DNA from: a virus | Lineage: Duplodnaviria; Caudoviricetes | Length of the DNA: 64,000 nt | Direction: 5' to 3' (one strand) | Virus record (IMG/VR): IMGVR_UViG_3300021256_000056 | Coordinates: 1-64,000 of that record | Shown here: piece by piece, positions 21,003-31,856 of the stretch | How positions within the stretch are numbered: position 1 is the first letter of the stretch | Layout: every line of letters starts with the position of its first letter | Position numbers and translations under genes: made by a program | Notes under the pieces: model-generated | The model's database searches: none | Told to the model about the DNA's origin: nothing | The model's input: only the letters and a program-made list of their open reading frames with translations

Positions 21003-22565
21003 TTAAAAATTACTACCATTAAGCCTCTGGCGAATATCGCTAAGAGTCTCTTCTTTTGTAAGTTTTCCGTTCACAAAAATTGTTTCGAGCAGAGTGTCTT
21101 TCCTGGATTCATCCCAAGTAAGTCCATCCTGATATTTGATTGTGCCATCTTCGGAATAGACCCTGCAGCAGCCTTTCTGAGACTTCTTGAAGTTTCCTCC
21201 ACCATCTTCTCTGTCGGTCTTGGGGTCCTTATAGACAGGCATTTTATGGACATGGCCGTTCTCGTCTGTGAATTCAGCGTAAATGGCCTTAATTGCAGCT
21301 CCGAAGGTGTCTCGCGTGAAGGGCAAGAGGTCCGTTTCAAAAGTTCCGTCGAGTCTATCCTCTTCAATGCAATGCATAGAGAAAGAACCGACGCCAAGGC
21401 TTACATTTTGGGCAGCAAATCCGTTCTCGGCAAGAATCTCATAGATTCTTTCGGCCCTCTGGATGGTAATAGAGTCGCCATAAAGCGCCTTTACATGCGG
21501 ATTGAGTACTTTGTATCCTTTTGAGTTAACAGTGCCGCCAAACGTCTTCCAAAGTTCAAAAACAGTTTCAGTGACAACCTTCACACAGTCTCCGCTATCC
21601 CCGCGGACAAGGAAGCACCCATTGTGGGCAAGAATCTCGTCCTTAAGAGTGGGTAAAATATTCTTAACAACGTTCCAGTAGTCATAAGAATCACAAACAC
21701 AGCTGAATGAGGCGTTGGGATAATATTCCGTTAAAAGTTTCTTAAGGAATACCCTTTCCCTATGCGGGTCAATGGCTTCGTACTCGTAATTCTTTTCCCT
21801 AGCACAATCAAAAGCTGAATTAGAGCACATTACGAAATGCTCAGTGGAAATTGCGCCGAAAGCCACCTCCTCTCTCTCACAATCGCAATTGTAGTTTTGC
21901 TCAAGATAAGGAATTACTGGAACTGTTGCGCTGTTAACGAAAGACAAGCACCAACCAGCACCTGCCTTCAATGCTGCATCAAGACCCTGGTCCCCGCGAA
22001 AGTCGAAATTTCCGAGAGCCCTTCTGCGCGGAACGTTATCTTCACAGGTCTTGTCATACCACTTATCCACAATCTCCCTATAAGAATGTCCTACGGTTGC
22101 ACAAATCATAGGATACCACATTTCCGCAGAAATCAAGGATTCAAGAGCCTGCCCGAGCCAGGCAAAGTCGGGATGCGTGTTGGTTATACCGAAAACTGGT
22201 ACATGGATTGGAACTACCGTTCCCTCGGGAAGCGATACTATTTCAATGGGAAGATAGCCAAGCTGGTGAAGTTTTCTAACTTTCTCGAAGTCGGCAATTC
22301 CCTTGCCCATGGTAAGCTCGATGTAGTGTTTATACTCCTCCACAACCTCATTTTCGGGGCGATTGAAGAAGTTCTCGTTGAAATAATCAATGAGGTAGGT
22401 TTTGCAGAACGCCTGCAGACCGAAATTAACTACACCGTTCCACCTTCTTACGCGACTCATTCTGGGGGTGTAATATGACACAGATTTCGTCATCCCCTTA
22501 GGGAGTAATTCGCAGTGAATCGCTTTATAGAAATCTTTAAGTAAAAGTGCGTTTGTTTTAAACAT
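21003..22565 (-). CDS. Nampt/Namat-family phosphoribosyltransferase (possibly nicotinate-specific)
   Basis: DFYKAIH, FDFRG, STEH, CDSYD, VRGDSGD, YGDSIT, KDPKTD. Confidence 0.88.
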   Translation of the reverse strand: MFKTNALLLKDFYKAIHCELLPKGMTKSVSYYTPRMSRVRRWNGVVNFGLQAFCKTYLIDYFNENFFNRPENEVVEEYKHYIELTMGKGIADFEKVRKLHQLGYLPIEIVSLPEGTVVPIHVPVFGITNTHPDFAWLGQALESLISAEMWYPMICATVGHSYREIVDKWYDKTCEDNVPRRRALGNFDFRGDQGLDAALKAGAGWCLSFVNSATVPVIPYLEQNYNCDCEREEVAFGAISTEHFVMCSNSAFDCAREKNYEYEAIDPHRERVFLKKLLTEYYPNASFSCVCDSYDYWNVVKNILPTLKDEILAHNGCFLVRGDSGDCVKVVTETVFELWKTFGGTVNSKGYKVLNPHVKALYGDSITIQRAERIYEILAENGFAAQNVSLGVGSFSMHCIEEDRLDGTFETDLLPFTRDTFGAAIKAIYAEFTDENGHVHKMPVYKDPKTDREDGGGNFKKSQKGCCRVYSEDGTIKYQDGLTWDESRKDTLLETIFVNGKLTKEETLSDIRQRLNGSNF

Positions 22566-23438
22566 ATTTGTCTTTTTTTTAAAAGTCTTTATAGAGTTTT
22601 TCTTCACGAGGAATGAACCAGTCGTCATAGAGAAAGTTCCCTATGCCAATAATGGCGTCACCAAGTTGGCCGTTTCCTTCGAACTTTGCCCTTATGGGTG
22701 CCCCTTTTAAATCTTTTAGATTTGTGACTCCACAGATGTCCATAATACGTTTTACCGAATAAGCAAAAGTGTTTTTATGAAAATCCCCACTATATGGCCC
22801 CCAAACGCTAAATACTACTCCCCCTCCGTCCTGGAGGTCTAATTCCAAGCACAGTTCAAGACTCATAGAATATTGTTCCGATATCCTGAGCCAATAGTCC
22901 CTAATTACGGCGTTCTTGGGGTTCATCGTGTAATCCTCTTGGTGTACTTCTGGTTATGGGATACAATTACCCTAGACTTGAAGGTAAATTCATTGGCCAT
23001 TAGGGATGCGGCACTAAGAGCTCGGCAGACTTTAAGAAGTCTCCTGGTTATCCTCCTGCATGCCGTGTTATATGCTTTTGATTCAGCGATGGTCCTGGCG
23101 ACTTTCTTGCCCGTCAAGATGTTAAAGGTGTCACCGTGTTTACAGGTTGCTACGCCCACAGAAACATCTCCCATGAGAGAATCGTTACCTGTTAACTTGA
23201 AGATGTTTCGCATTGCGCTGGGAACATTGATTGAATAGTTAAGGCGGCACTCTACGATTCCCTTGTCGGAATCTACGAAATAATTTTCGGCCCGAAAACT
23301 AAGCTTGATGTTTGACCTGTCAAAAAGTAATTTGTTCATATTTTTAAAAATTTTGTAGTATAAAATAAAAACGGTAGTCAAGGCATCTTTCTTGACCACC
23401 GCAAATATACGAAAAAAAATTATACTACCAAAAAAAAA

Positions 23439-24125
23439 TTAATTATTATCAACTTTTTTCCCGTTAGCAGATTCAAAATCTGCTGTAAGGGTGTTGCACT
23501 CCTGAGCAATAGCACATGACATTGCCAAAGATTTTGTTTCACTACTGCCACTCATGGTACGATAAGAATAAAGGGCCGTATTTACTACGTCATAATTGCT
23601 TGACACGTTAGCTTTTGATGAGTATCCTCGATTCTTGAAGCCGTAACTTTTGGCTGTACTTGCATCGGTAATGTCGGTTCCGAGATACATGAAAGTCCAG
23701 TTATATTTCTCTTCCTGATGCTTAATCATCTCCTTTACCTTTTCGAAAGAATATTCCTTTGAATTATTCTCCTCTCCGTCGGTCATGATAACGATAAGGT
23801 TTTTCTCTGGCTTGTCTTCTTCTTTCATTCCATCAAGCCATTTGCCAACTGTGTCGATGGCTATACCGATACCGTCATTCATGGCGGTCATTCCGCCAGG
23901 GGCATACTTGCCATCAAGGTAATCGACTTCGTTTACATCTTTCCCAAGATAAACTTCTTTTACATCGGTTTCAAACTTAAAAAGTGATACGGAGCATGTA
24001 CCGTCTTTGATAGCTTTCTGCTCGTCCACTACGCGTTTAAATCCGCCAATAACGTCTTCTTCGGAGCCACTCATTGACCCACTTTCGTCAATGACGAAAC
24101 ATACATGAATGTAGTTGTGTTTCAT
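23439..24125 (-). CDS. standalone vWA domain protein
   Basis: MIDAS DESGSM, GGMTAMNDGI, IMTDGEEN. Confidence 0.88.
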   Translation of the reverse strand: MKHNYIHVCFVIDESGSMSGSEEDVIGGFKRVVDEQKAIKDGTCSVSLFKFETDVKEVYLGKDVNEVDYLDGKYAPGGMTAMNDGIGIAIDTVGKWLDGMKEEDKPEKNLIVIMTDGEENNSKEYSFEKVKEMIKHQEEKYNWTFMYLGTDITDASTAKSYGFKNRGYSSKANVSSNYDVVNTALYSYRTMSGSSETKSLAMSCAIAQECNTLTADFESANGKKVDNN

Positions 24126-24156
24126 TTAATTGTGCAATTTTATTTTTATTATTATT

Positions 24157-25032
24157 TTAAAGAACTGTAATTTTTTTGTGTTTAAGTGAGAAAATGCTGT
24201 CGGTTGTGTACAAACCCTCTACAGTATTATCGTTCAACACTTTAATAAAAGAACCTTTTTCTTCGTCTAGAATGCTGTTCTCTGTATGGGTAGCATATGC
24301 ATAAATCTTATCCGCCCCCAATTCCTTGAGACGTAGCGCACTGTAATATAAGGTACCGCCATAAGAAATGATATCATCAATCATTACGATAATTTTTCCT
24401 TTAAGCGCATCTTCTCCGTCTATTGCGGTTGCATTTTCATCAACCACACGAAGGGATTCGATTGCTCCAGTTTCCCAATTACGTACTTTTTGACCATATA
24501 CTTTCTTGTAAGATTTTAAACAATCCATCTCCCGATATCTTTTATATGCACCAGCATCAGGAAAATAGATAACAAATGCATCGACTGGTGGTAATTCCGC
24601 TTGGCGTCCTCTTATGCTAGTTAAAACATATTTTATGTGACGCTCGGGACTGTCCACACAAACGTGATTAAGAAGTGCAACGCCTACGTCTGAGTGGGGG
24701 TCAAGAACATGTACCTGCCTAAAATTTAATGAATTGATAAATTCGCAGAAATATTTTAAGGTAAACACCTCATTTTCGTGCTTAACCCTATCCATTCGTG
24801 CGTTGGGGAGATATTTCATAACCAAGTCTATTGGAGTATTTTCACCCTTTACACTTCTGATATGCTTTACAAGGAAAAACAATGTCATGCATTCCTCGTC
24901 ATTCTCGTAATGCCAGAAGATTTGGTCCACAAATTCCGAGCCAGTACACAAGCCCTCAATATTGAGGAGCATTTGTGTACCATCAGGGAAATGGGTGTGA
25001 CCAATTTTATTAAACGCGTTAAGGCTAAGCAT
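24157..25032 (-). CDS. ribose-phosphate pyrophosphokinase-like protein (possible ADPR-PP synthetase, Adps)
   Basis: FPDG, YLPNARMDR, LDPHS, FPDAGA, IDDIISYGGT. Confidence 0.85.
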   Translation of the reverse strand: MLSLNAFNKIGHTHFPDGTQMLLNIEGLCTGSEFVDQIFWHYENDEECMTLFFLVKHIRSVKGENTPIDLVMKYLPNARMDRVKHENEVFTLKYFCEFINSLNFRQVHVLDPHSDVGVALLNHVCVDSPERHIKYVLTSIRGRQAELPPVDAFVIYFPDAGAYKRYREMDCLKSYKKVYGQKVRNWETGAIESLRVVDENATAIDGEDALKGKIIVMIDDIISYGGTLYYSALRLKELGADKIYAYATHTENSILDEEKGSFIKVLNDNTVEGLYTTDSIFSLKHKKITVL

Positions 25033-25582
25033 CTTCGTTTATGATATTAATTTGACACATTTTCATTGTTGTGAGCGCAGCTTTGTGTGTTTCGGGAGTG
25101 ACACCAGCACAACAAGCCGCATCGACGGTGATTTCGGACTTCTCATAAAGTGCCGTCTTCGCAAGTAGTGCGTTAGAAACAACACATATGTCAGTGCAAA
25201 AACCTACGAATTCCACGTCACACTCTCTGTTATCAAAACAGTCGAGAAAATCAAAGAGTTCCACGCTGCCAAACGTTGGTTTATTAAAATATGTTACTGG
25301 AATATTACGAAGCGTGGCGTCGTCGAGCGCGGCTTTTACATTGCTTTCTATATTCCAGCCTTCCGTATCTTTGATACAATGCGTTACTGGAAGCTTTTGC
25401 CCTTCCTTGGTCTCAAGATAATTTTCTGGATGTGTATCCTGAGTGACAAAAATGAGGTCGCCGTTGAATTCCCTAATTTTTTTAACGATGTTGGGAACTT
25501 TCTTAATGGCCTCTTCGTTACGCAGTGAACCTGTAATGAAGTCATTCTGAACGTCAATTACTACAAGGATTTTCTTTTTCAT
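25025..25582 (-). CDS. pncA: nicotinamidase (cysteine hydrolase)
   Basis: VIDVQNDF, TQDTH, HC...GW, KPTFGS, GFCTDICV. Confidence 0.85.
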   Translation of the reverse strand: MKKKILVVIDVQNDFITGSLRNEEAIKKVPNIVKKIREFNGDLIFVTQDTHPENYLETKEGQKLPVTHCIKDTEGWNIESNVKAALDDATLRNIPVTYFNKPTFGSVELFDFLDCFDNRECDVEFVGFCTDICVVSNALLAKTALYEKSEITVDAACCAGVTPETHKAALTTMKMCQINIINEDA

Positions 25583-25592
25583 ATTATACTAT

Positions 25593-26255
25593 TTAAAACT
25601 TTATTAAAAATGATGTTCCTAATATATGTTTATTCCTCTCCCAATCATACTGATATAGGCCAGAAAAACCATATTTATCCTCAAAGAATATACCAGCTTG
25701 CCCTAAGACACTTGAAGAGGACGTTACGCCTGCACCAACAAATGGCGAATATTTTTTAATGCGCTGAGGCTCTACAACCGTTTTTACCATTGGCACAAAC
25801 GTAGCACTAAGCCAGGTCAAACGATTATATTGGGTTTTTGCTCTAACAGTTGCACTACCAACGGTATCAATGTCAAAAACTTTCTTTTCATAAATGCGCT
25901 CAGTAGCCCAATCGCGTATTACCGCAGAAGAATCCTCTTTGCTTACATATATAACGGAATCCCTTACTTTCTCTGGGAAGAGGTCATAATAAAGACCGTT
26001 TTTAATGCAAGCCAAAATGACATTTGCAGTATCAATTGGCTTGTTTACCGCAACGGGTACAGGATAGGGAACCTGCACTGTTACTGTGTCCCCAGGAGAA
26101 TATGTTGGTGGCCCAGGAGGCGTTGGTTTAACTGTTTTCCTACCCATTGCAAACCCCCATATAAATATCCCTATTGCGATTGCCGCAATAAAGCTGACTT
26201 TCCACCAATTTATTGTTGATTTATCACTCATACTTAAAAAAAACTTTAACCCCAT
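25593..26255 (-). CDS. membrane-anchored hypothetical protein
   Basis: N-terminal transmembrane helix, beta-rich C-terminus ending in F. Confidence 0.55.
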   Translation of the reverse strand: MGLKFFLSMSDKSTINWWKVSFIAAIAIGIFIWGFAMGRKTVKPTPPGPPTYSPGDTVTVQVPYPVPVAVNKPIDTANVILACIKNGLYYDLFPEKVRDSVIYVSKEDSSAVIRDWATERIYEKKVFDIDTVGSATVRAKTQYNRLTWLSATFVPMVKTVVEPQRIKKYSPFVGAGVTSSSSVLGQAGIFFEDKYGFSGLYQYDWERNKHILGTSFLIKF

Positions 26256-26276
26256 CTAATAGACGGGGTATTATTA

Positions 26277-28160
26277 TTACGAAACAGGACCATTATTGCC
26301 AGTAAACCCTGAGAATGCATCTCCAAAGTTAAATCCTCCTGTGCCGCCGCCATTGGGGCCTGCCTGCTTATAAAGATTGTCCGTGACAGAATGCCAGGTT
26401 GCTTCAAGGGTGGTTCTTGCATTATCAATTTTGGCGATATCTCCGTCCTTTAAAGCATCTTTAAGTGCTTGGGTCTCACTTTCAAGTTTTGCTTTTTCTT
26501 CCTCCGAAATTTTACCTTCAAGGTCTTTGAGCTGCCTTTCGGTCTGGAATACAAGAGCATCGGCCTGATTAACCTTGTCTACTCTTTCCTTGGCCTGCCT
26601 GTCAGATTCAGCATTTTCCTCGGCCTCCTTTCTCATGCGTTCAATCTCCGCGTCCGAAAGGCCAGATGATGCCTCAATCTTGATGTGCTGTTCCTTGCCT
26701 GTTGCCTTGTCTGTGGCAGAAACACTAAGGATACCATTGGCATCAATATCGAATGTTACCTCGATTTGAGGAATGCCTCGCATAGCGGGGGCGATGCCAT
26801 CCAGGGTAAACACGCCAATCTGCTTATTGTCCTTTGCCATAGGGCGTTCACCCTGACAGACAACAATCGTAACGGCGGGCTGATTATCTGATGCCGTAGA
26901 GAAGATTTCACTCTTCTTGACTGGAATGGTGGTGTTGGCGTCGATAAGCTTTGTCATAACGCCGCCCATCGTTTCGATACCGAGTGAAAGTGGTGTTACG
27001 TCAAGAAGAAGGACATCCTTCACATCACCAGCAAGGACCCCACCCTGAATTGCCGCACCCATTGCAACAACCTCATCAGGATTGACACTCTTATTAGGCT
27101 CCTTACCAAAGAAATTCTTCACTGCTTCCTGTACCTTCGGAATACGCGTTGAACCACCGACAAGGATAACTTCGTCAATATCACTTGTGGAGATTTTTGC
27201 ATCGGCAACGGCCTTTCTGCAGGGAACAATAGTCTTTTCTACCAAATCATCAGTAAGCGCCTCGAACTTTGCCCTCGTAATTGTCTGTACAAGGTGCTTA
27301 GGAACGCCGTCAACAGCCGTGATATATGGAAGATTAACTTCGGTGCTTAGCTGGCTAGAAAGCTCAATTTTGGCCTTCTCTGCAGCTTCCTTGAGGCGCT
27401 GATGAGCCATCGGGTCTTTACGAAGGTCAATACCCTCAGATTTCTGGAACTCATCGGCGAGATAGTCGATGAGCTTTTGGTCGAAATCATCGCCACCAAG
27501 ATGAGTATCACCATTAGTTGACACCACTTCGAACACTCCATCCCCCAATTCAAGTATTGAAATGTCCATAGTTCCTCCGCCAAGGTCGTAAACGGCGACC
27601 TTTATATTCTTGTCGGTTTTATCGAGGCCATAGGCAAGGGCCGCTGCCGTAGGTTCGTTGATGATGCGCTTCACATCAAGACCCGCAATTTTGCCTGCTT
27701 CCTTAGTGGCCTGACGCTGAGAATCTGAGAAATATGCAGGAACGGTAATGACCGCCTCTGTTACTTTCTGTCCGAGATATGCCTCGGCGCTTGCTTTAAG
27801 GTTTTGAAGAATTACAGCGGAAATTTCCTGAGGGCTATAAAGTTTATCCCCAATTTCTACTCTTGGAACATTACCATCACCCTTGGTGACTTTATATGAA
27901 ACTCTCTTAGTTTCTTCTGAAACTTGTTCCATTGTTTCGCCCATGAAGCGTTTAATTGAATAAACGGTTTTTTGAGGATTAGTGACAGCTTGCCTTTTTG
28001 CTGGATTTCCTACCTTTCTCTCATCTCCATCGGTAAAGCCAACAACCGAGGGCGTTGTCCTACTTCCTTCATTATTAACAATAACGGTGGGCTGCCCACC
28101 TTCCATGACCGCTACGCAGCTGTTCGTAGTTCCGAGGTCGATTCCAATAATCTTACTCAT
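26277..28160 (-). CDS. dnaK: Hsp70 chaperone DnaK
   Basis: [28 protein letters not shown]; full length. Confidence 0.98.
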   Translation of the reverse strand: MSKIIGIDLGTTNSCVAVMEGGQPTVIVNNEGSRTTPSVVGFTDGDERKVGNPAKRQAVTNPQKTVYSIKRFMGETMEQVSEETKRVSYKVTKGDGNVPRVEIGDKLYSPQEISAVILQNLKASAEAYLGQKVTEAVITVPAYFSDSQRQATKEAGKIAGLDVKRIINEPTAAALAYGLDKTDKNIKVAVYDLGGGTMDISILELGDGVFEVVSTNGDTHLGGDDFDQKLIDYLADEFQKSEGIDLRKDPMAHQRLKEAAEKAKIELSSQLSTEVNLPYITAVDGVPKHLVQTITRAKFEALTDDLVEKTIVPCRKAVADAKISTSDIDEVILVGGSTRIPKVQEAVKNFFGKEPNKSVNPDEVVAMGAAIQGGVLAGDVKDVLLLDVTPLSLGIETMGGVMTKLIDANTTIPVKKSEIFSTASDNQPAVTIVVCQGERPMAKDNKQIGVFTLDGIAPAMRGIPQIEVTFDIDANGILSVSATDKATGKEQHIKIEASSGLSDAEIERMRKEAEENAESDRQAKERVDKVNQADALVFQTERQLKDLEGKISEEEKAKLESETQALKDALKDGDIAKIDNARTTLEATWHSVTDNLYKQAGPNGGGTGGFNFGDAFSGFTGNNGPVS

Positions 28161-28163
28161 GTT

Positions 28164-28616
28164 TTATGCTAATTTTTCTTTAATATATGTACTAGCGGTT
28201 TTTCCGTCGTACTGATTAGGATATTTTTCTTTAAGAACCTTCATTACATTTCCCATATCTTTCATAGTGGCAAACCCATTGTTGAGAACAATTTCATCAA
28301 TTGCTGACTTGAGTTCGCTTTCCGAAAGCATTTTTGGAAGATAGTTCATGAGTGCAAACATTTCCTGCTGCTCCTTATCTGCAAGCTCGTGCCTACCAGC
28401 CTGGGAGTAGATATCCATGCTTTCTTTCCTCTGTTTAACTAACTTCTGAATAATGGCGACAATGTCGGTGTCGTCCAGCTCACGCTTTCCATTCGGTGCG
28501 GTTTTGGTTTCCATAATTGCAGTCTTGAGAGACCTCAATGCCGCAACCGTGTTTTCCTGGTGAAGCTTCATTGCGCTTACCAATTCTGTTTGGATTTTAT
28601 TTTCTAATGTATTCAT
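28164..28616 (-). CDS. GatB/YqeY domain protein
   Basis: KLVKQRKES...GRHELADKE...YLPK...MKDMGNVM. Confidence 0.9.
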   Translation of the reverse strand: MNTLENKIQTELVSAMKLHQENTVAALRSLKTAIMETKTAPNGKRELDDTDIVAIIQKLVKQRKESMDIYSQAGRHELADKEQQEMFALMNYLPKMLSESELKSAIDEIVLNNGFATMKDMGNVMKVLKEKYPNQYDGKTASTYIKEKLA

Positions 28617-28654
28617 TTGTGCAAATATACAATTTTTTTAAACAAAAAACAATA

Positions 28655-29290
28655 TTACCACCTTTCGGCAAGAATTTTTAATTTTTCTTTATTTTCGTGC
28701 TTTGCAAAAGAATTTTCAATCTTGTCATAATCTTCAGCATCATTTTCCCATTCTTTTATGCTTTCGATTTCTTTGTCAATATATTCCTCCTCTTTTGGCT
28801 TGGCTGGTTTTTCTGGTTCTACATAGCCAATTGCGTTCTTTCCGTCTCCCCATCTGTATTGGAGCCATCCCTCATATTCACCGTTATCCCACTTGTAATT
28901 TTCTGGAATTTCGTCTTTTCCTCTAAAGAGATAGTCCTTAACTCTAAGAGTGTTGTCCTTCTTTGAAATATTATACATTCCCAAGCCACCCCACTTTAAT
29001 ACGGTGCAAGTTTCTACGTCACCAAGAACCCATCCCCACGCTCTTTCGTTTGGGCTTTTAAAATCGTAAAATATTTTGTTTGGGAAAATGTCCTTGTGCC
29101 CACCCTTTGACTTAATCGCGGGTATATCATATGTTTTGCAAATTTCTTCAAATAGGGTGATATATTCGTTAGCTTCCGCTTTTGTATCAAAATATTCTTT
29201 TTCCTCCTTAAATACTTCCCTGAGGAGGTCGCCACATTTAGGGTTTGGCTTTTTTCCCCAAATATTTGTTATCACAAGATACTTTTTCAT
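28655..29290 (-). CDS. hypothetical protein
   Basis: 211 aa ORF. Confidence 0.65.
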   Translation of the reverse strand: MKKYLVITNIWGKKPNPKCGDLLREVFKEEKEYFDTKAEANEYITLFEEICKTYDIPAIKSKGGHKDIFPNKIFYDFKSPNERAWGWVLGDVETCTVLKWGGLGMYNISKKDNTLRVKDYLFRGKDEIPENYKWDNGEYEGWLQYRWGDGKNAIGYVEPEKPAKPKEEEYIDKEIESIKEWENDAEDYDKIENSFAKHENKEKLKILAERW

Positions 29291-29967
29291 TTCTTTTCTT
29301 TTTCTTTTCTAAACGAGTATTTCGGGTCGAATCCATGGGCAATAATCTTCTCCATATCTGTTTGGAATCTTGGCCCCTTTGGATTGCCAAAAAGTGTGGT
29401 ATAAAGTTCTCTTTTAAACTTATTGAGAGGAACATACGAATCTGTATTGGATAGATAGTAGTCAAATTTTGGCTTTTTCACATTTTTGACTTTGTTATCT
29501 TCCATTATTGCAAAGAGATGCTCGCATTCGGTTAAAAGTGAATTCAACATATTGTCAGAAAAATCCTTATCTCCTTTACATATGTCCCACGGGCGCGGCC
29601 CATCTTCAGCGCCCTTCACCATATTGTCATCGTATTGTGTATAAAACTTCAATTGGTAATCAGTCTTTTCGTCACCCTTGAATGTCAATACAAATACACT
29701 CCTCTGCCCACAAGCATTCGAATGCTTATCGATTTGATGATAAATCTTTTTCGTATAATAAAACCCGAGTGGAGATGCCTTCTTCTCTTCAGTAACAACT
29801 GTTGTGGATGGTTTCTGTTTCCAGTTTGAAAGCATGTCGTATTTCCTCATTTCGGTATACAACCCTGTTGCGATTGGTGTATCCCCACAGGGTCGCTGCG
29901 GATTTTCAATCTTCAGAATCTCAACATGATTCTTATTGAATAAATGTGTTATTTTCTCTTTTGGCAT
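29287..29967 (-). CDS. hypothetical protein
   Basis: ORF downstream of a -7 promoter; C-terminal KIIAHGFDPKYSFRK. Confidence 0.65.
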   Translation of the reverse strand: MPKEKITHLFNKNHVEILKIENPQRPCGDTPIATGLYTEMRKYDMLSNWKQKPSTTVVTEEKKASPLGFYYTKKIYHQIDKHSNACGQRSVFVLTFKGDEKTDYQLKFYTQYDDNMVKGAEDGPRPWDICKGDKDFSDNMLNSLLTECEHLFAIMEDNKVKNVKKPKFDYYLSNTDSYVPLNKFKRELYTTLFGNPKGPRFQTDMEKIIAHGFDPKYSFRKEKEKK

Positions 29968-30033
29968 ATCAAAGACTCCTACAAAAAACATGCCAAATAT
30001 ACAAAAAAAAACGGGAAATTGCAAAGAATTTCC

Positions 30034-30939
30034 CTAAAATACTTCCGCTAATTTCAACAAATATTTTCCATATTCGTTTTTTGACATCAATTGGCCGCTT
30101 TCTACTAATTGTTCCTTTGTAATCCAATCTTTATTATAAGCGATTTCTTCTGGACAGGCAATCATGGTTCCGCTACGTTTTTCAATCGTCTCAACGAATG
30201 CGGATGCTTCATAGAGACTATCGAACGTACCAGTATCAAGCCAAACACTGCCTCTCTGCATTTTAGTCAATCTCAAGTTTCCCTCTTTAAGATACATTTG
30301 ATTTATTGACGTTATTTCAAGTTCGCCACGTGTCGAAGGTTTTACTTCATGCGCTTTTTCAAGAATATCGCCAGGATAAAAATATAATCCAGTAACACAA
30401 ATATTGGATTTTGGCTTAACTGGCTTTTCTTCAATACTGACAATATATTCGCCATATCCATCATTGGCAACTTCTACAATACCGTAGCGCTCGGGGTCTT
30501 TCACTGTTATGCCAAAGATTGTCGCAAGAGGGACTTTGGTGCTATGTGCAAACCCCATAGCTTCATCAAGACAATCTACAAGACCTGCACTATAAAAAAT
30601 GTTATCCCCAAGGATTAGAGCACACGGGTCCCCTGGTTTTAAGAACCCTGTTTCTTCGGCAATTAAAAACGCCTGTGCGAGTCCTTCAGGGTGGGGCTGT
30701 GTTGCGTAATATAGCTTTACGCCAAACTGCCTTCCATCAAAAAGAAGTCTTTTAAAAGAATCTTGGTCTTCAGGGGTTGTTATAATTAGAATATCTTTAA
30801 TGCCCGCTAACATAAGTGTTGAAAGTGGGTAGTATATCATTGGTTTATCATAAATAGGCAAAAGCTGCTTACTTACGCCCTTGGTGATTGGATGGAGTCG
30901 CGTTCCCGCACCACCAGCCAGAATTATTCCTTTGCACAT
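30034..30939 (-). CDS. rmlA: glucose-1-phosphate thymidylyltransferase
   Basis: GIILAGGAGTRL, SKQLLPIYDKPMIYY, EKP, RGELEIT, WLDTGT. Confidence 0.96.
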   Translation of the reverse strand: MCKGIILAGGAGTRLHPITKGVSKQLLPIYDKPMIYYPLSTLMLAGIKDILIITTPEDQDSFKRLLFDGRQFGVKLYYATQPHPEGLAQAFLIAEETGFLKPGDPCALILGDNIFYSAGLVDCLDEAMGFAHSTKVPLATIFGITVKDPERYGIVEVANDGYGEYIVSIEEKPVKPKSNICVTGLYFYPGDILEKAHEVKPSTRGELEITSINQMYLKEGNLRLTKMQRGSVWLDTGTFDSLYEASAFVETIEKRSGTMIACPEEIAYNKDWITKEQLVESGQLMSKNEYGKYLLKLAEVF

Positions 30940-31856
30940 GTGTCCTCGGGGTCTCTATGTAATTCAATGATTTTATCAACGGTAAGCTCTAACATATATT
31001 TCCAGTCATGCCTATAAACGTCCTGCATCATTTTTAAATTATTAGGAAGCCTGTCGTCCATTACGCTGTAGTGAGGACGTTTAGCTTTAAACTTAAGGGA
31101 GAGGTCGGAGCTATGACAAGGAAGAATGCTTGCACGCATATCGAGCTTTTCTGCTATGGCGCGGGCCATATCGTATCTACTAGCGCAACCGCTATCACAA
31201 TAATTTATTGTTTCATAAAAAAATTCACCATTATAGCGGTCAATAAATTCGTGTATGAAAAGAGCGAGGCTGGCTGCGCTCGTTGGACTACCTATTTCAT
31301 CATATACAAAACGAAGTAAATTGCCAGACATTATTTTACTGTATAATTTAGTAACAAAATTATTCCCGTACTCACTATGAAGCCACGACGTCCTTATTAT
31401 TAAGTGTCTACAATTCCATTCTTTTATTGCTAACTCGCCAAGCCGTTTCGATAACCCATACATATTTATCGGTTTGCATTTCTCAGCGTCTTCAACCTTA
31501 AACGGGCTTCCATCCCATCCGTCATAAGGTGCATAAACATAATCAGTAGAAATGTGAATGAGAAATCCATTTACTCTCTCCATTACGCAAGCCAAACAAG
31601 AGGCTCCCCAGGCGTTAACCCTGAATGCTTCAGCGGTATCTTCTTCGGCTTTTTCAACATCAGTATAAGCAGCACAGTTAACCACCATTTTTATCCCGTG
31701 TTCATCAACAAACTTACCGAGTTTGTTTACATCTGTGATATCTACCTCATCGTGAGAAGCAAAAATGAAGTTATGTTTTCCTACGTTGTAATGTTTAACA
31801 ACATCCTTGAGGCTTCGGCCTAATTGCCCGTTAGCTCCCGTTACTAATATATTCAT
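30924..31856 (-). CDS. rmlD: dTDP-4-dehydrorhamnose reductase
   Basis: GANGQLG, NCAAYTDV, ISTDYV, YGLSK. Confidence 0.94.
   Translation of the reverse strand: MNILVTGANGQLGRSLKDVVKHYNVGKHNFIFASHDEVDITDVNKLGKFVDEHGIKMVVNCAAYTDVEKAEEDTAEAFRVNAWGASCLACVMERVNGFLIHISTDYVYAPYDGWDGSPFKVEDAEKCKPINMYGLSKRLGELAIKEWNCRHLIIRTSWLHSEYGNNFVTKLYSKIMSGNLLRFVYDEIGSPTSAASLALFIHEFIDRYNGEFFYETINYCDSGCASRYDMARAIAEKLDMRASILPCHSSDLSLKFKAKRPHYSVMDDRLPNNLKMMQDVYRHDWKYMLELTVDKIIELHRDPEDTCAKE

Noticed and set aside
21837-22478. 213-aa plus-strand ORF and similar antisense ORFs over dnaK and other genes
   Set aside because: They are antisense to well-supported genes and have no recognisable motifs.
23439-24125. vWA protein as the Ro60 partner of the Y-like RNAs
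   Set aside because: It has no TROVE domain and is only 228 aa; there is no direct link.
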